In this document: one piece after another, positions 50,892 through 62,177 of the stretch
How positions within the stretch are numbered: position 1 is the first letter of the stretch
Layout of the letters: each line of letters begins with the position of its first letter
Origin: Campylobacterota bacterium
GTDB taxonomy: Bacteria; Campylobacterota; Campylobacteria; Campylobacterales; Arcobacteraceae
Direction of reading: 5' to 3'
NCBI GenBank assembly: GCA_051746405.1
Contig: JBNJFB010000004.1
Span: 10,137-74,136 of the forward strand
Length of the DNA stretch: 64,000 bases
Position numbers and translations under genes: made by a program
The notes under the pieces: model-generated
The model's database searches: none
What the model saw: the letters and a program-made list of their open reading frames with translations, nothing else
What the model was told of the DNA's origin: nothing

Positions 50892-51554
50892 ATGACAAAT
50901 TCAAAAAAACAAAAATTGCTTAAGCATTTATATTTTTTAAAATCAATTGGTTATAAATTTCATGAACCTTTGAATTTATTGGCTAATGATACAAATAATC
51001 TTAAACTACCAAATGATATTTTTAGTTTAAAAAATAGTGTTAGTAACTGTTATTTATGTGAACTATCAAAGACAAGAAAAAAAACAGTATTTGGTGAGGG
51101 TAATATTAACTCTAATATTATGTTTATATCTGATTGTCCTGGTTCATTAGAGGATGAGACGGGAAGGGTGTTTGTAGGTAGAAGTGGTGAATTACTAACA
51201 AAGATGATTGAAAATGTACTAAATATAAAAAGAGAAGATACATATTATGCTAATATTCTAAAGTGTAAACCTGGTGAAAATATTAATGAGTCATGTTTAA
51301 ATTTATGTAAAGCATATTTATTAAAGCAAATTGAATTAGTAAGACCTAAAATAATTGTAACATTAGGTCAAGTAGCTTATCAGCACTTAACAAATGATGA
51401 TACTAGTTTATCAAAAATCAGGGGACAAAGTATAAACTATAAAGATATAGTACTATTTCCTACTTTTCATCCTAGCTTTTTGCTAAGAAATCCCTCATCA
51501 AAAAAAGATGCGTATGTGGATATGCTAAAAATAAAATATCTAATGGAGTCATAA
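50892..51554 (+). CDS. uracil-DNA glycosylase family 4
   Basis: C..C.L...R...VFGEG, PG..ED.TG..FVGRSG.LL, KC.P, HPS. Confidence 0.92.
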   Translation: MTNSKKQKLLKHLYFLKSIGYKFHEPLNLLANDTNNLKLPNDIFSLKNSVSNCYLCELSKTRKKTVFGEGNINSNIMFISDCPGSLEDETGRVFVGRSGELLTKMIENVLNIKREDTYYANILKCKPGENINESCLNLCKAYLLKQIELVRPKIIVTLGQVAYQHLTNDDTSLSKIRGQSINYKDIVLFPTFHPSFLLRNPSSKKDAYVDMLKIKYLMES

Positions 51555-51556
51555 AC

Positions 51557-52708
51557 TTGAAAAATCTAATTTTAATATTTATTGTTGCTATATTTTTTAC
51601 AGCATGTGGAATAAAAGAGCAGACAGTTGAAATAAATTTACCAAAAGATGAAAAAGAAGAGTTGTTTAAAAAAGAAAAAAAAGATGTGATACCTATAAAA
51701 GAAGAGAAACAAAAAGAAAAAAAACTAAAAGAGAAAATATTCTCTTTAGACTCTTTTGAAATAATAGAAGATGATAATACTTTATATACACAAAAGCCTA
51801 AGTTGAAAATAGCATTTGCATATCCATCTGATATAATAGCTTCATATGGAAAAACTTCAATTAATACTATTATAAGTTATTTTACTTTTGTAAAAGCAAA
51901 CTATGATTTAAAAGTTTATGATTCTAAAATTGAAGATAAGCAAAGTTTAGAAGATACTTTTAAAAGAATAAAAGAGGATGGATATGAAAAAGTTATAGCT
52001 TTGTATACACCTGAAACTATTAAGACTTTAAATAGTTTAAATACAGATAACTTAGAAGTATATCTTCCCCTTGCCAACCATGAAGAGTATGAACAGCTAA
52101 AAGATAATTTTATATATGGTTCAATCTCTTATAAAAAGCAAATAAAAAAGCTGCTTGAGTATTCAAGTATAAATAATGCAATGTTTTATCAAGAATCATA
52201 TATAGGTAATAAACTAAAAGAGATTTATGAAGCTGCAATGCCAAATACAGTAGTTACAAAAAAGATAAAAAATGATAGAAATCAGTTTGAATGGATTGTA
52301 AAAGATGAGAGATTAGATAACTCTACATTGATGTTAAATACTTCATTAGTTAAAACTGCACTTATATTATCTCAATTAAGAGTTTATGAAACTGTTCCTA
52401 GTACTATTTTATCCACACAGTTAAGCTTTAATCCAAAACTTATCTCTTTAACTCAAGCCCAAGATAGAAAAAATATAATTTTTGCAAACTCAATTGATAA
52501 AGTGGATGATAAGCTTGGAGATATTTTAGATACATTTGGTATTGATATTAATTATAATTGGGTTGCATACTCTGTTTTAGTGGGGGTTGATTATTTAAAT
52601 GAACAAACACATAATAGTATTTTAAAAACAGCTGTTAAAAACAATATGGTTAAATATGAACCAAAACTATATAAAACGACCCCTTTTGGTTTTTCTATAA
52701 TTAAGTAA
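51557..52708 (+). CDS. lipoprotein, periplasmic-binding-protein-like
   Basis: Lipobox FTAC; alpha/beta pattern. Confidence 0.6.
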   Translation: MKNLILIFIVAIFFTACGIKEQTVEINLPKDEKEELFKKEKKDVIPIKEEKQKEKKLKEKIFSLDSFEIIEDDNTLYTQKPKLKIAFAYPSDIIASYGKTSINTIISYFTFVKANYDLKVYDSKIEDKQSLEDTFKRIKEDGYEKVIALYTPETIKTLNSLNTDNLEVYLPLANHEEYEQLKDNFIYGSISYKKQIKKLLEYSSINNAMFYQESYIGNKLKEIYEAAMPNTVVTKKIKNDRNQFEWIVKDERLDNSTLMLNTSLVKTALILSQLRVYETVPSTILSTQLSFNPKLISLTQAQDRKNIIFANSIDKVDDKLGDILDTFGIDINYNWVAYSVLVGVDYLNEQTHNSILKTAVKNNMVKYEPKLYKTTPFGFSIIK

Positions 52709-52752
52709 AAGTTAGATAGAATCGCGAAGATTTAATTATTATGGAGTTTGAA

Positions 52753-54489
52753 TTGAGAACACATTATTGTACAGAAGTGACTGAGAAAAACATCGATGAG
52801 AAAGTTACTGTTGCTGGTTGGGTAAATAGTAGAAGAGACCACGGTGGAATTATATTTATTGATTTAAGAGATAGAGGTGGAATAGTTCAATTAGTAGCAG
52901 ATCCAAAAGAGCTTGAGCTTGCTGAAAGTGTTAGAGATGAGTTTGTATTAATTGCTACAGGTACAGTTAGACAAAGAGGTGAGGGGTTAGAAAATCCAAA
53001 TCTTGCAACTGGAAAAATTGAGATTGTTTTAGAAGACTTAGTTATTGAAAATAGATCAAAACCTATGCCTTTTGATTTAAATGATGAAAAAGTAAATGAT
53101 GAAATAAAACTTGAAAATAGATTTTTAGAGTTAAGATCTAATAAGATGTATGAAATTTTTAAGTTAAGATCTAAAGCAAATATTCAAGTTAGAAATACAT
53201 TAGATGAATTAGGTTTTTTAGATGTGGAAACTCCAATACTTACAAAATCGACTCCAGAGGGTGCTAGGGATTATTTAGTTCCATCAAGAGTTCATGGGGG
53301 AGAGTTTTATGCACTACCTCAATCACCGCAACTATTTAAACAGTTGTTAATGGTATCAGGATTTGATAGATATTTTCAAATTGCTAAATGTTTTAGAGAT
53401 GAGGATTTAAGAGCAGATAGACAACCTGAGTTTACTCAAATTGATGTTGAGATGTCTTTTTGTAATCAAGATGATGTGATTGAAGTAGCACAGAGGTTAA
53501 TCTATGATGTATTTACAGCTTGTGGAAAAGATGTTGCTAAAAAATTTCCTAGAATATCATATAGTGATGCTATGGAAAAATATGGTTCAGATAAACCAGA
53601 TACTAGATTTGATATGCAAATGGTTGATGTTATTGATATTTTTGAAAACTCTACAAATGAAATCTTTGCACAAATCTCTAAAGACAAAAAAAATAATAGA
53701 ATCAAAGCACTAAAGTGTCCAAATGGAGATAATATCTTCTCAAAAAGACAAATGAAAGGTTTTGAAGATTATGTTAGAAAATTTGGAGCTAAAGGTTTAG
53801 GTTACTTCCAAATGAAAGAGGATGGATTAAAAGGTCCATTAACTAAATTCTTTAGTCAAGAGGATTTAGAAGCTATTGTAAAAACTACAAATCTCGAAGT
53901 TGGTGATGTGGTATTTTTTGGTGCAGGTGATAAGAAAACCGTATGGGATTATATGGGAAGATTTAGACTCTATTTAGCTGAGCAAATGGATATTATTCCA
54001 GATGATACATATGAGTTTGTTTGGGTTGTTGATTTTCCTATGTTTGAAATTGAAGATGGAAGAACAAAAGCACTTCATCATCCATTTACAATGCCAAAAG
54101 ATTTAGACAAAGAGAATATTGAAGATATAGAATCAATTGCTTATGATATTGTTTTAAATGGTGTTGAGCTTGGTGGTGGAAGTATTAGAATTCATAAAGA
54201 AGAGATACAATCAAAAGTATTTGAACTTATGGGAATATCAAAAGAAGAAGCAAGACAGAAGTTTGGCTTTTTATTAGATGCTCTTCAGTATGGAGCACCA
54301 AGTCATGGTGGTTTTGCTATGGGACTTGATAGAATGATTATGTTGCTTGCTGGAACTGATTCTATTAGGGATGTAATAGCATTCCCTAAAACTCAAAGAG
54401 CTCAATGTCTATTAACAGATGCACCAAGTGCTGTTGATAATGAGCAGTTAAAAGAGTTAAGCTTACGAATCAGAAAAACTGAACATTAA
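52753..54489 (+). CDS. aspS: aspartate--tRNA ligase (probably non-discriminating)
   Basis: [40 protein letters not shown] start after GGAG (alternative ATG 52741). Confidence 0.97.
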   Translation: MRTHYCTEVTEKNIDEKVTVAGWVNSRRDHGGIIFIDLRDRGGIVQLVADPKELELAESVRDEFVLIATGTVRQRGEGLENPNLATGKIEIVLEDLVIENRSKPMPFDLNDEKVNDEIKLENRFLELRSNKMYEIFKLRSKANIQVRNTLDELGFLDVETPILTKSTPEGARDYLVPSRVHGGEFYALPQSPQLFKQLLMVSGFDRYFQIAKCFRDEDLRADRQPEFTQIDVEMSFCNQDDVIEVAQRLIYDVFTACGKDVAKKFPRISYSDAMEKYGSDKPDTRFDMQMVDVIDIFENSTNEIFAQISKDKKNNRIKALKCPNGDNIFSKRQMKGFEDYVRKFGAKGLGYFQMKEDGLKGPLTKFFSQEDLEAIVKTTNLEVGDVVFFGAGDKKTVWDYMGRFRLYLAEQMDIIPDDTYEFVWVVDFPMFEIEDGRTKALHHPFTMPKDLDKENIEDIESIAYDIVLNGVELGGGSIRIHKEEIQSKVFELMGISKEEARQKFGFLLDALQYGAPSHGGFAMGLDRMIMLLAGTDSIRDVIAFPKTQRAQCLLTDAPSAVDNEQLKELSLRIRKTEH

Positions 54490-54501
54490 AAGGAAAAGAG
54501 T

Positions 54502-55281
54502 GTGAAAAAGGTAATACTTTTACTTATTTTTCCACTTTTTTGTATTGCAAGAATTCAAGTAACTACATATATGCCCCTTGAGCAATTTTTTTTAGAGAAA
54601 ATTGCTGGGCAGAATGTTATTGTAAAAAATATAACCTACATCTATTCATCACAAGTTAAAGATTTATCAAAAGCTGACATAAATAGTTTAGCAAGAACAA
54701 GAGCATATTTTCATTTTGGTCTTGATATTGAAAAGAAGTATGCTAAAACTCTAAAAGAGATTAATCCAAAATTAAAAGTATTTGACTTATCAAAGGGTAT
54801 AGAAAAAATAGATAATAACCCCTATTTTTGGACTGACCCTTTACTTTTAAGAAAAGTTATTCACAACATATATGATGCTTTATTGAAGCTAACCTATTTC
54901 AATAAAGATTTTTATAAACAAAATCGAGATAATTTACTTGCAAGAATTGATAAACTTTTTTTGAAGTTAAGAGATAATCTATATGAAACAAATATCTATA
55001 ATATATATGTATTTAGTGATTATTGGCACTATTTTGCAAGGAGGTTCTCTATTAATTTATATAAAAAAAGTAAAGAAGTTGTAAAAGTAGATAGAATAGA
55101 ACCTATTAAAAACTTTGTGGATATAAAAAATATAAAAATGATACTTATAAAAGATGAACAAAATCTAGGTTATGCACTCTCATTAAATAGTCATACAAAA
55201 CTACCTATAAAAAAGCATAATATATTTGATAAATTATACTTTCTTAATATGGAAAAACTATCCCTAAAATTTATAAAATAA
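54502..55281 (+). CDS. ZnuA/TroA-like substrate-binding protein, metal ligands apparently degenerate
   Basis: Signal peptide, IAG..V, G...E, NPYFWTDP (canonical D/NPHxWxDP), YF..RF.I. Confidence 0.7.
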   Translation: MKKVILLLIFPLFCIARIQVTTYMPLEQFFLEKIAGQNVIVKNITYIYSSQVKDLSKADINSLARTRAYFHFGLDIEKKYAKTLKEINPKLKVFDLSKGIEKIDNNPYFWTDPLLLRKVIHNIYDALLKLTYFNKDFYKQNRDNLLARIDKLFLKLRDNLYETNIYNIYVFSDYWHYFARRFSINLYKKSKEVVKVDRIEPIKNFVDIKNIKMILIKDEQNLGYALSLNSHTKLPIKKHNIFDKLYFLNMEKLSLKFIK

Positions 55282-55380
55282 TTTTTCTAAATTTTAAAAA
55301 GTATAAAAAATATACAGCATAAAAAATATATAGACCACTTGATATTGTATACTTTTTATATAATTATTTAGGAGTTAGCA

Positions 55381-57975
55381 ATGTCAAGTGATTTGGTTGA
55401 ATATAAAGGTATAAGTATTAAAAGAGAACTGTACCCTATAATTAAGCATATAGAAGATGTTGAGAAGTATAGAGAAGAGTTAGGAAGACTAAGCTCTTCA
55501 TGGGATATATTTGCACTACTAGGGCAATTGGGTGATATAAACATAGATATTGGAAAGACAAAAGATAACTTTTTGAATTTAACTTCAATACTATTAAATC
55601 ATTTAAGTGACCAAACAATAAAAAAAGTAACAACAGAGATGAAGTTTAAATCTCAAGTTGCTATTGATGTGGTTATTAGAAATCTTTTTGAAAGAACAGC
55701 TGATATTGGATTTTTAGCAACTGATGATGATATAAGATATTTTATAAAAAATTATATATCTGATTATAATGAAGAGAGTTTAGATTTAAAAAGAGATATA
55801 CAAAAAAGATTTAAAGAGTATGTTGCAAAATATTCAGTATATTTTGATATTGTTTTAGCAAATGCTAATGGAAAAATTATTGCTAGACTTGATGATACAA
55901 ACAAAGTAGAAAAAATCGAGCAAGGGTTTATTGAAGAGATTTTAAATAGTAGCCAAGAGTATGTGGAGACTTACAAGTATCACTCTTTTGTACCACAGTA
56001 TAAAAATAGTTTAATTTACTCTTATAAAGTTAATAAGACAAATGATGAAAACTCAGAGCATTTAGGTGTTTTATGTCTATGTTTTAGGTTTACAGATGAG
56101 ATGAAAGGTATTTTTAATAACTTAATAGATACAAAAAATAAAGAGGCTTTAACTATTTTAGATGAGAATGGATATGTTATAGCATCAAGTGATAAAGAGT
56201 ATATTCCACTTGAGACTAAACTTCCTATTGTCTTAAACAAAGATTATAAAATAGTATCTTTTGCAGGTAGGGATTATGTTGCAAAAACTTGTAAAACAAA
56301 TGGTTATCAAGGTTTTTTTGGATTAAAGTGGTATGGACATATTATGATTCCTTTAGAGTATGCTTTTTTAAGTGATGAGTTAAATCCTGTGGAAATAGAT
56401 GATAGCATTATTGAGTCTATGATGGAAAATGAACAGCACTTTTCAAAAGAGTTAAAAGATGTATTTAATAAAAGTAGAAATATCCAAGATAATTTAAGTA
56501 GAGTAATATGGAATGGTAATATCGCTCAAAGTAAATTAAACTCATCAAATAGGGGATTTTCAAAGTCACTATTAAATGAAATTGGTGTAACAGGAGTAAA
56601 AGCTAACTCTTCATTGGAAAACCTAAATCAAACTATTATAAGTTCGATTTTAAAAGATACTGAGTTTTTATCTTTTTTAGCTGTTGATATTATGGATAGA
56701 AATCTCTATGAAAGAGCAAATGATTGTAGATGGTGGGCATTAACTTCTTATTTTAGAGAAGCTTTTGATAATATGAACTCAATTGAGTATAAAAAAGATG
56801 AAATCACATCAATTTTAAAATATATCAATGGTTTATATACAGTATATACAAATCTTTTAGTATTTGATAAAAATGGAAAAGTGGTAGCTGTTTCAAATGA
56901 TAAGCAAGAGTATTTAGTAGAAAAGGTTTTAATACAAGATTGGGTTGAAGATTGTTTGAGTTTAAAGAATACCTCTAAATATTGTGTATCAAACTTTGAA
57001 AAAACAGCACTTTATGAAAATAAACCTACATATATATACTGTAGTGCAATTAGGTCTTTTAAAGATGAAAAACTAATAAATGGTGGAATAGCTATAGTAT
57101 TTGACTCCTCTTTTCAATTTCATGCAATGCTTGATGAGACTTTGCCAAAAGACTCAAATAAACAGAATATAAAGGGGGTTTTTGCACTATTTACAAATAG
57201 AGATAAAAAGATAATATCTTCAACAAATAAACATTTTGAAGTAGATGATTATATAAATGTTTCAGATAAGTTTTTTGAAATTGAAAATGGTGGAAAATAT
57301 AGTGAAATAATTGAATTTAACGGTTCTTATTATGCAGTTGGTGCAAGATGTTCAACTGGTTATAGGGAGTATAAAAGTGTTATTGATGATTATAAAAATG
57401 ATGTTATATGTTTGGTATTTATCAAAATTGGAGATATTCAAAACAAAAATAGAGTTTTATCAAATAAAAACTATACATTTAATACTAACCAAAATAGTTC
57501 AAAAAAATTAACAGAAAATAGTGTTGAATTAGCCACTTTTAACATAGGTAAAAAGTTTTTAGCTGTCCAAGCCAAAAATGTATTAGAGTCTATTTCAAAA
57601 GATGAATTAGAAGAATCAATTGATATGGATAAAGATAATCCTTTTAAGGGAATGGTTTTATATAAAGATAAATTAGTATCAGTTTTAGATATAAGAGATT
57701 TTATCAATGTGGATATCAATGATGATGAACTAAATAATATTATTCTTTTTGAGTATGATAAAGATAATATTGAACACTGTATTGGAATCTTAGTATCTAC
57801 TTTACAAAGTATAAGTGTTGTGCAAGAGGGTTCAATACAACATATAGAAAATCACTTTTTAGGCTCAGGTACACTTGTTGAAAGTATAGTTGATATTACT
57901 GAAAACAATGAATCAAAAGTAGCAATGATTTTAGATATTAAAAAGATTGATGATAATTTAACAAAAAAAGTTTAA
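55381..57975 (+). CDS. soluble protein with duplicated Cache-like module and C-terminal CheW domain
   Basis: Internal repeat RNLFERTAD / RNLYERAND, each followed by Y.VY..I...G.I/V.A; C-terminal LATF.IG...V.E..G...Y...LV.VLDI; no TM. Confidence 0.8.
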   Translation: MSSDLVEYKGISIKRELYPIIKHIEDVEKYREELGRLSSSWDIFALLGQLGDINIDIGKTKDNFLNLTSILLNHLSDQTIKKVTTEMKFKSQVAIDVVIRNLFERTADIGFLATDDDIRYFIKNYISDYNEESLDLKRDIQKRFKEYVAKYSVYFDIVLANANGKIIARLDDTNKVEKIEQGFIEEILNSSQEYVETYKYHSFVPQYKNSLIYSYKVNKTNDENSEHLGVLCLCFRFTDEMKGIFNNLIDTKNKEALTILDENGYVIASSDKEYIPLETKLPIVLNKDYKIVSFAGRDYVAKTCKTNGYQGFFGLKWYGHIMIPLEYAFLSDELNPVEIDDSIIESMMENEQHFSKELKDVFNKSRNIQDNLSRVIWNGNIAQSKLNSSNRGFSKSLLNEIGVTGVKANSSLENLNQTIISSILKDTEFLSFLAVDIMDRNLYERANDCRWWALTSYFREAFDNMNSIEYKKDEITSILKYINGLYTVYTNLLVFDKNGKVVAVSNDKQEYLVEKVLIQDWVEDCLSLKNTSKYCVSNFEKTALYENKPTYIYCSAIRSFKDEKLINGGIAIVFDSSFQFHAMLDETLPKDSNKQNIKGVFALFTNRDKKIISSTNKHFEVDDYINVSDKFFEIENGGKYSEIIEFNGSYYAVGARCSTGYREYKSVIDDYKNDVICLVFIKIGDIQNKNRVLSNKNYTFNTNQNSSKKLTENSVELATFNIGKKFLAVQAKNVLESISKDELEESIDMDKDNPFKGMVLYKDKLVSVLDIRDFINVDINDDELNNIILFEYDKDNIEHCIGILVSTLQSISVVQEGSIQHIENHFLGSGTLVESIVDITENNESKVAMILDIKKIDDNLTKKV

Positions 57976-58117
57976 AGTTTTATTGTCCTCTTTTAATTTC
58001 AATGAAATTATAAAACTATTTTGTAAATTTTAGATGTTATAAATTATTAAAATGATTAGTATGCCTTATAGCACAAAACAGGGAAAAAATGAAATGGTAA
58101 ATTTAACATAGTACCTT

Positions 58118-59314
58118 TTAAGACAAAAGCCCAAACATCCAAAGGGGTATTTTGTTTTTATGAGTAGTAGTATCTACATCAATTGCAAGATAGCTATTTC
58201 CTTTATTTTTGATTTGGCTAAAACTTTTGCCTTTTCCTCCCACTTCATAGATAACTCCATCTGCTACAAAATCTCCAATATCACTATAAAAAATATCAGT
58301 AAAACAGCTCACAAAATATGTCTCTCTAATATTACCAATATCAGTGGCTATTTTTTGATCATCGGCTAAAGTTTGTAGTATATTTGTATTTTGGAAGTAG
58401 ATTTTTTCAGGTTTTTTACTTTTTTTAGTACTTGCTTTTTTAAGAGTTCTAAAGATACCTGTTTTGTCTAAGATATCAAGATAAGTATAAAGTGTAGGTT
58501 CACTCACTCCTAGCTCTTTTGCTAGTGAGTCAATCTTAACTTGAAATGGCACCTTTGCTGATATTACTGCAAAAATAAGTTTTTTAAATGCTATAAGATT
58601 TTCAAATTTCATTTTATTGGTTGAGGGAATATCTTCATAGATAATTTTTTCAATAGAATTAAAAAGTTTACTACTAAAACTCTGCGAAGTTTTACTTGTA
58701 GTAAAAAATGGATATGCCCCAACTTTGAGATAGTTTTTAAACTCTCTAAAAAGTTGTGGATACTCTTGGGTTAATTCAAAAGATAATTCTCTATGAGTTT
58801 TTAATAATCCTTCAAGACTTAAAGCTGGTAACTTCACATCATGCTTTATCTCAAAATACTCTTTGAAGCTTAATGTCCTAAGCTCTTTAACTACAACTCT
58901 TCTACTTAAATCATGACTTTGCATCAAAATATTAAGCATAGATGAACCACTTATCCTTATGGTCAAATCAGGATAAAAGTCATATAGGTTTTTAATATGC
59001 CCAGCCCACTCTTTGAACATATGAACTTCATCTATAACTACGACTCTCCCACCTAGTTTATAAAATTCTTCTACTATTTCTACTATTCCAAGTGCAGCTA
59101 TACTTATATCATCAGCACTAAAATAAAGAGCTTCATCAAGTGAATATTGTGATAAGTATTGAAGTAGCAGTGTGGTTTTTCCTACACCTCTAGCACCTAT
59201 AAGAGCAATAAGTCTTTCATCGCTATTGATAAATTCAAACTCATCTCTTTTATAGTTGATACTTTTTGTGAGTGCTACTAGTTTTCTTTGCTTATCTTGA
59301 AGTTGTTCTATCAT
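58118..59314 (-). CDS. AAA_14 / DUF4143 family ATP-binding protein
   Basis: GARGVGKTT, IDEVH, SGSS, LSFKEY, KIYF.N, RETYF..DF...EVGG. Confidence 0.88.
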   Translation of the reverse strand: MIEQLQDKQRKLVALTKSINYKRDEFEFINSDERLIALIGARGVGKTTLLLQYLSQYSLDEALYFSADDISIAALGIVEIVEEFYKLGGRVVVIDEVHMFKEWAGHIKNLYDFYPDLTIRISGSSMLNILMQSHDLSRRVVVKELRTLSFKEYFEIKHDVKLPALSLEGLLKTHRELSFELTQEYPQLFREFKNYLKVGAYPFFTTSKTSQSFSSKLFNSIEKIIYEDIPSTNKMKFENLIAFKKLIFAVISAKVPFQVKIDSLAKELGVSEPTLYTYLDILDKTGIFRTLKKASTKKSKKPEKIYFQNTNILQTLADDQKIATDIGNIRETYFVSCFTDIFYSDIGDFVADGVIYEVGGKGKSFSQIKNKGNSYLAIDVDTTTHKNKIPLWMFGLLS

Positions 59315-59565
59315 AAAGACACCTTTTATTTGATAAAGTATAGTTTAACATAAAAATATTAAATATTAAAGTGTACTTTTGTTTTATATGATTTTTTGAT
59401 GCTATGCATTCTCTTGATGTAGTATATGAAATCACTTTCAAAGATTTTGACAAAATGTAAAAAATAAAAATTATAATTTAACAAAAGTACTATATAGTAT
59501 ATGTTAAAACATATTGTGGCACAATACGAAAAATATAAATACAAATAAATTTAAAAGAAAATATA

Positions 59566-61335
59566 ATGAGCCATAATAAAAAACCAAATAAATTTCTACC
59601 AACAACAAAAGAGGAAATGCGTCAAAGAGGTTGGGACGAGCTAGATGTTGTCCTAATCACAGGTGATGCTTATATAGACTCTCCTTTCATGGGAATTGCA
59701 GTTGTTGGAAGAATCTTAGAAGATATAGGGCTTAGAGTTGGAATCATAGGGCAACCTGATGTTGACTCTGATGTTGATATAAAAAGATTAGGTGAACCTA
59801 AACTTTTTTGGGGTGTAAGTGGTGGTAGTATTGATTCAATGGTGTCAAACTACACAGCAACAAAGAAGTTTAGAAACTCTGATGATTATACTCCTGGTGG
59901 GAAAAATGATAAAAGACCAGATAGAGCTACTTTAGTATATACAAATCTAATAAGAAGGCATTTTAAAAATACAGTTCCTGTTGTACTTGGTGGAATTGAG
60001 GCAAGTCTTAGAAGATTAACTCACTATGATTACTGGACAAATAAGCTTAGAAAACCAATACTTTTTGATTCAAAAGCTGACTATATGATTTATGGTATGG
60101 GTGAACAAGCTATTATTGATTTAGGAAATACTTTAAGACAAGGTGGTGATCCAAGAAATATTAGAGGTCTTTGCTATATTTCAAAAGAGGCACCTAGTGA
60201 TGAAAACTTCAAAGAGATACCATCACATCAAGAGTGTTTAGATGATAAAGAGAAGTATATAGATCTTTTTAGAGATTTTTATGACAACAACGACCCTATA
60301 TATTCAAAAGGTTTATATCAAAAAGTTGATACAAGATACTTAGTTCAAAATCCACCAAGTGACCATATGGAAGAAGAGAAAATGGATAAAATTGCATCTT
60401 TCCCATACCAAAGAGATGCTCATCCATATCATAAAAAAGACGGTAAAGTTAAGTGTTTAGAAACTATTAAATTCTCAATTATGACACACCATGGATGTTG
60501 GGGAGAGTGTAACTTCTGTGCTATTGCTGCTCATCAAGGTAGAACAATCAGAACTAGAAGTGAAAAAAATATTTTAGAAGAAGCAAAAGCTTTTACTAAA
60601 ATGAAAGACTTCAAAGGCATTATCTCTGATGTTGGTGGTCCAACTGCAAATATGTATGGATATGAGTGTAAAAAGAAAATGAAGCTTGGAACTTGTGTTG
60701 ATAATAAAAGATGTGTTGATGCAAACAGGCTTTGTAGAACAATGAAAGTTGACCATAGCAGAAACATAAAACTTCTAAAAGATATTAGAGAAATTCCAGG
60801 AATTAAAAAAGCCTTTGTTGCTTCAGGGGTTAGATATGATTTAATCACTGCTGATAAAAAACATGGATATGAGTATCTAAAGCAGATGGTTGATCATCAT
60901 ATTTCAGGACAAATGAAAGTAGCACCTGAGCATACAAGTGATGAGGTTCTTCATCATATGGGAAAACCTGGAAAGCAAACACTAATTGATTTTAAAAAGA
61001 TGTATGATAGGTTAAATAAACAATCAGGTAAAAAACAGTTCCTAACTTACTATTTAATAGCAGCTCATCCTGGATGTGAACAGAAGCATATGAGAGAGCT
61101 TAAAGACTTCACAACAAATGAACTTAAAATGAATCCAGAACAAGCACAAGTATTTACTCCAACACCTGGAACATACTCAGCTGTTATGTACTATACAGGA
61201 CTTGACCCATTTACAAAAAAGAAAATTTTTGTAGAAAAAGACCCAAGAAGAAAAGAGAAGCAAAAAGAGATTGTTATTCAAAAGCATAAGTTTAAACATG
61301 GGAAAAGACCTACAGGCTCTGGAATGCAAGGTTAG
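59566..61335 (+). CDS. ygiQ: YgiQ family radical SAM protein
   Basis: TGDAYID, DSMVSNYT, GGIEASLRR, CWGECNFC, KVAPEH. Confidence 0.93.
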   Translation: MSHNKKPNKFLPTTKEEMRQRGWDELDVVLITGDAYIDSPFMGIAVVGRILEDIGLRVGIIGQPDVDSDVDIKRLGEPKLFWGVSGGSIDSMVSNYTATKKFRNSDDYTPGGKNDKRPDRATLVYTNLIRRHFKNTVPVVLGGIEASLRRLTHYDYWTNKLRKPILFDSKADYMIYGMGEQAIIDLGNTLRQGGDPRNIRGLCYISKEAPSDENFKEIPSHQECLDDKEKYIDLFRDFYDNNDPIYSKGLYQKVDTRYLVQNPPSDHMEEEKMDKIASFPYQRDAHPYHKKDGKVKCLETIKFSIMTHHGCWGECNFCAIAAHQGRTIRTRSEKNILEEAKAFTKMKDFKGIISDVGGPTANMYGYECKKKMKLGTCVDNKRCVDANRLCRTMKVDHSRNIKLLKDIREIPGIKKAFVASGVRYDLITADKKHGYEYLKQMVDHHISGQMKVAPEHTSDEVLHHMGKPGKQTLIDFKKMYDRLNKQSGKKQFLTYYLIAAHPGCEQKHMRELKDFTTNELKMNPEQAQVFTPTPGTYSAVMYYTGLDPFTKKKIFVEKDPRRKEKQKEIVIQKHKFKHGKRPTGSGMQG

Positions 61336-61356
61336 TATTAGTTTTCAAGCATAAAA

Positions 61357-61384
61357 AAAGGGCAACTACATGTAGTTGCCCTTT
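61357..61384. terminator. bidirectional terminator between ygiQ and adk
   Basis: Perfect palindrome AAAGGGCAACTACATGTAGTTGCCCTTT. Confidence 0.85.
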
Positions 61385-61404
61385 CTTATTTATATAGCAG
61401 TTAA

Positions 61405-62046
61405 TTATGAAAGTGCTTTTATCATATCAGATGTTACATCTTTAACATCTTTTGTTCCATCTAACTCTACAAATACACCCATATCAGTATAAAAATCAAT
61501 TAAAGGTGCAGTTTGTTCATGGTATGACTCTAATCTACTTTTTACAGTTTGGGCATTGTCATCTTTTCTAGTGATAAGTTCACCACCACAGTAGTCACAT
61601 TTACCTTCCTCTTTTGAAGGGTTAAATTCAACATGGAAAGAGGCTCCACAAGAAGCACATACTCTTCTTCCTGTAATTCTACCAACAATTAATTCATCTG
61701 GTACATTTAAAGAGATAACTTTATCTAATGAAATACCCATATTTGCCATTAACTCTTTTAAAGCTTCAGCTTGAGCTAAAGTTCTTGGGAAACCATCAAG
61801 AATAAACCCTTTTTTACAGTCATCTTGAGCTAATCTATCTTTTATAATACCAATGATAGTTGAATCGGGAACTAATTTACCCTCATCCATGAATTTTTTT
61901 GCTTCCATACCCATATCAGTTTTTTTTGCAATTGCTGCTCTTAAAATATCACCTGTTGAGATTTGTGGAATACCATACTTTTCAATTAGAAACTTAGCTT
62001 GTGTTCCTTTACCAGCTCCTGGTGCACCAAATAACATTAAATTCAT
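61405..62046 (-). CDS. adk: adenylate kinase, long zinc-LID type
   Basis: GAPGAGKGTQ, STGDILR, LDGFPRT, CASC..CDYC LID. Confidence 0.97.
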   Translation of the reverse strand: MNLMLFGAPGAGKGTQAKFLIEKYGIPQISTGDILRAAIAKKTDMGMEAKKFMDEGKLVPDSTIIGIIKDRLAQDDCKKGFILDGFPRTLAQAEALKELMANMGISLDKVISLNVPDELIVGRITGRRVCASCGASFHVEFNPSKEEGKCDYCGGELITRKDDNAQTVKSRLESYHEQTAPLIDFYTDMGVFVELDGTKDVKDVTSDMIKALS

Positions 62047-62177
62047 ACTCTATTATCCTTAGTTTTTTCGTATTGTATTAAAAAAGCATTTAATACTACA
62101 TAAGGTATAAATACTACATAAAGAATTTAAATGCTTTTTGATACAATTACACAATTTTAATTTAACCAAGGGTATAA

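Noticed and set aside
59359..59544. 61-aa minus-strand ORF (also 29281-29463)
   Set aside because: Low-complexity AT-rich translation across promoter regions, with no RBS or motif
3062..62062. Many short ORFs in the track overlapping real genes (e.g. 3062-3421, 8282-8608, 33168-33452, 44037-44468, 60534-60848)
   Set aside because: They are antisense or alternative-frame shadows of well-supported genes, with no motifs or RBS
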